A stretch of DNA of 64,000 nucleotides from Auanema rhodensis (lineage: Eukaryota; Animalia; Nematoda), in the NCBI GenBank assembly GCA_964057225.1, contig OZ059899.1, positions 13,826,001 to 13,890,000 on the forward strand, in the 5' to 3' direction. Position 1 is the first letter of the stretch; every line of letters begins with the position of its first letter. Below the pieces are notes generated by a model that was given only the letters and a program-made list of their open reading frames with translations, made no database searches and was not told the DNA's origin. Positions 63,409-64,000 of this stretch are shown here, piece after piece. The translations under genes and the position numbers were made by a program.

Positions 63409-63669
63409 TTGCATATGACGTACGTATCTGCTCGTTTTGAACAAATCTCAATTTCAAGTTTGAATTGAAAACTCTTGAAAGGCATCGGAAAAGTAGCGAA
63501 TTGGACGAAGATAGAAAGCAGCAACAGCCGCAGTATCAGCAGCAGTTACATCATGATGATGTAACTAACTGAGATGAAAACTAAAGAATTTCGGTATTTC
63601 TGATATAAATATAAAAATCTTTATTACATGATATATATATTCTTAATCTAATAAATTCATTTCACTTAA

Positions 63670-63941
63670 TGGCATTATAACCTGAGCTGATACAATTGGC
63701 TGATTACGTCCATCTCGTACTAATAGAACACGAATATCATCTGATATGCCCTATAATCAGAAGAATATACATCATTTACTATAACTATTTACCTTTTCGG
63801 GTGCTAAACAATAGATTAATGTACTATATGTATAGAAGTTACCGGATGTTAGTATTGCAACTGGTATAAGAGATTGTTCTATCTTATAAAGTTTTTCATT
63901 CCATAATATGCTGAGCCACATGTTATATATTGGAGTTTTTC
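63670..63941 (-). CDS. Exons of an unidentified gene entering from beyond the window end
   Basis: Two in-phase exons with AG/GT ends (KTPIYNMWLSILWNEK...CLAPEK | GISDDIRVLLVRDGRNQPIVSAQ); no family recognised. Confidence 0.35.
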
Positions 63942-64000
63942 TGGATACATTCATATTAGTTATTTATAGAATATTGAAAACTATTTGTTCTCTGATTTAC

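Overview
Eukaryotic, AT-rich nematode genomic DNA (best read as a rhabditid): short ~40-50 nt introns, TTTCAG-type acceptors, no CRISPR, rRNA or tRNA seen. The left ~31 kb is gene-dense: vps-15 (5' part), the levamisole-receptor subunit unc-38, a C2H2 zinc-finger gene, then a same-strand run of a fused Glu/Pro-tRNA synthetase (EPRS, six near-identical WHEP exon+intron repeats with GC-AG introns), a Tc1-type MITE, nicastrin aph-2, a COA6-like gene whose last exon also holds the start of a PRORP/MRPP3 gene in another frame, an acidic orphan gene, and the amine oxidase amx-2. The right half is (GA)n-rich with longer introns: a saposin-like gene, a DSL-domain transmembrane protein without EGF repeats, the DEG/ENaC channel asic-1, a 95-aa tandem-WW mini-gene, two Srsx-like GPCRs sharing a near-identical central tract, a deleted mariner, a small secreted Cys protein, and a cuticle-collagen-derived ORF that has lost most of its Gly-X-Y glycines. 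Gene models were spliced by hand and names come from recalled family motifs; no database search was run.
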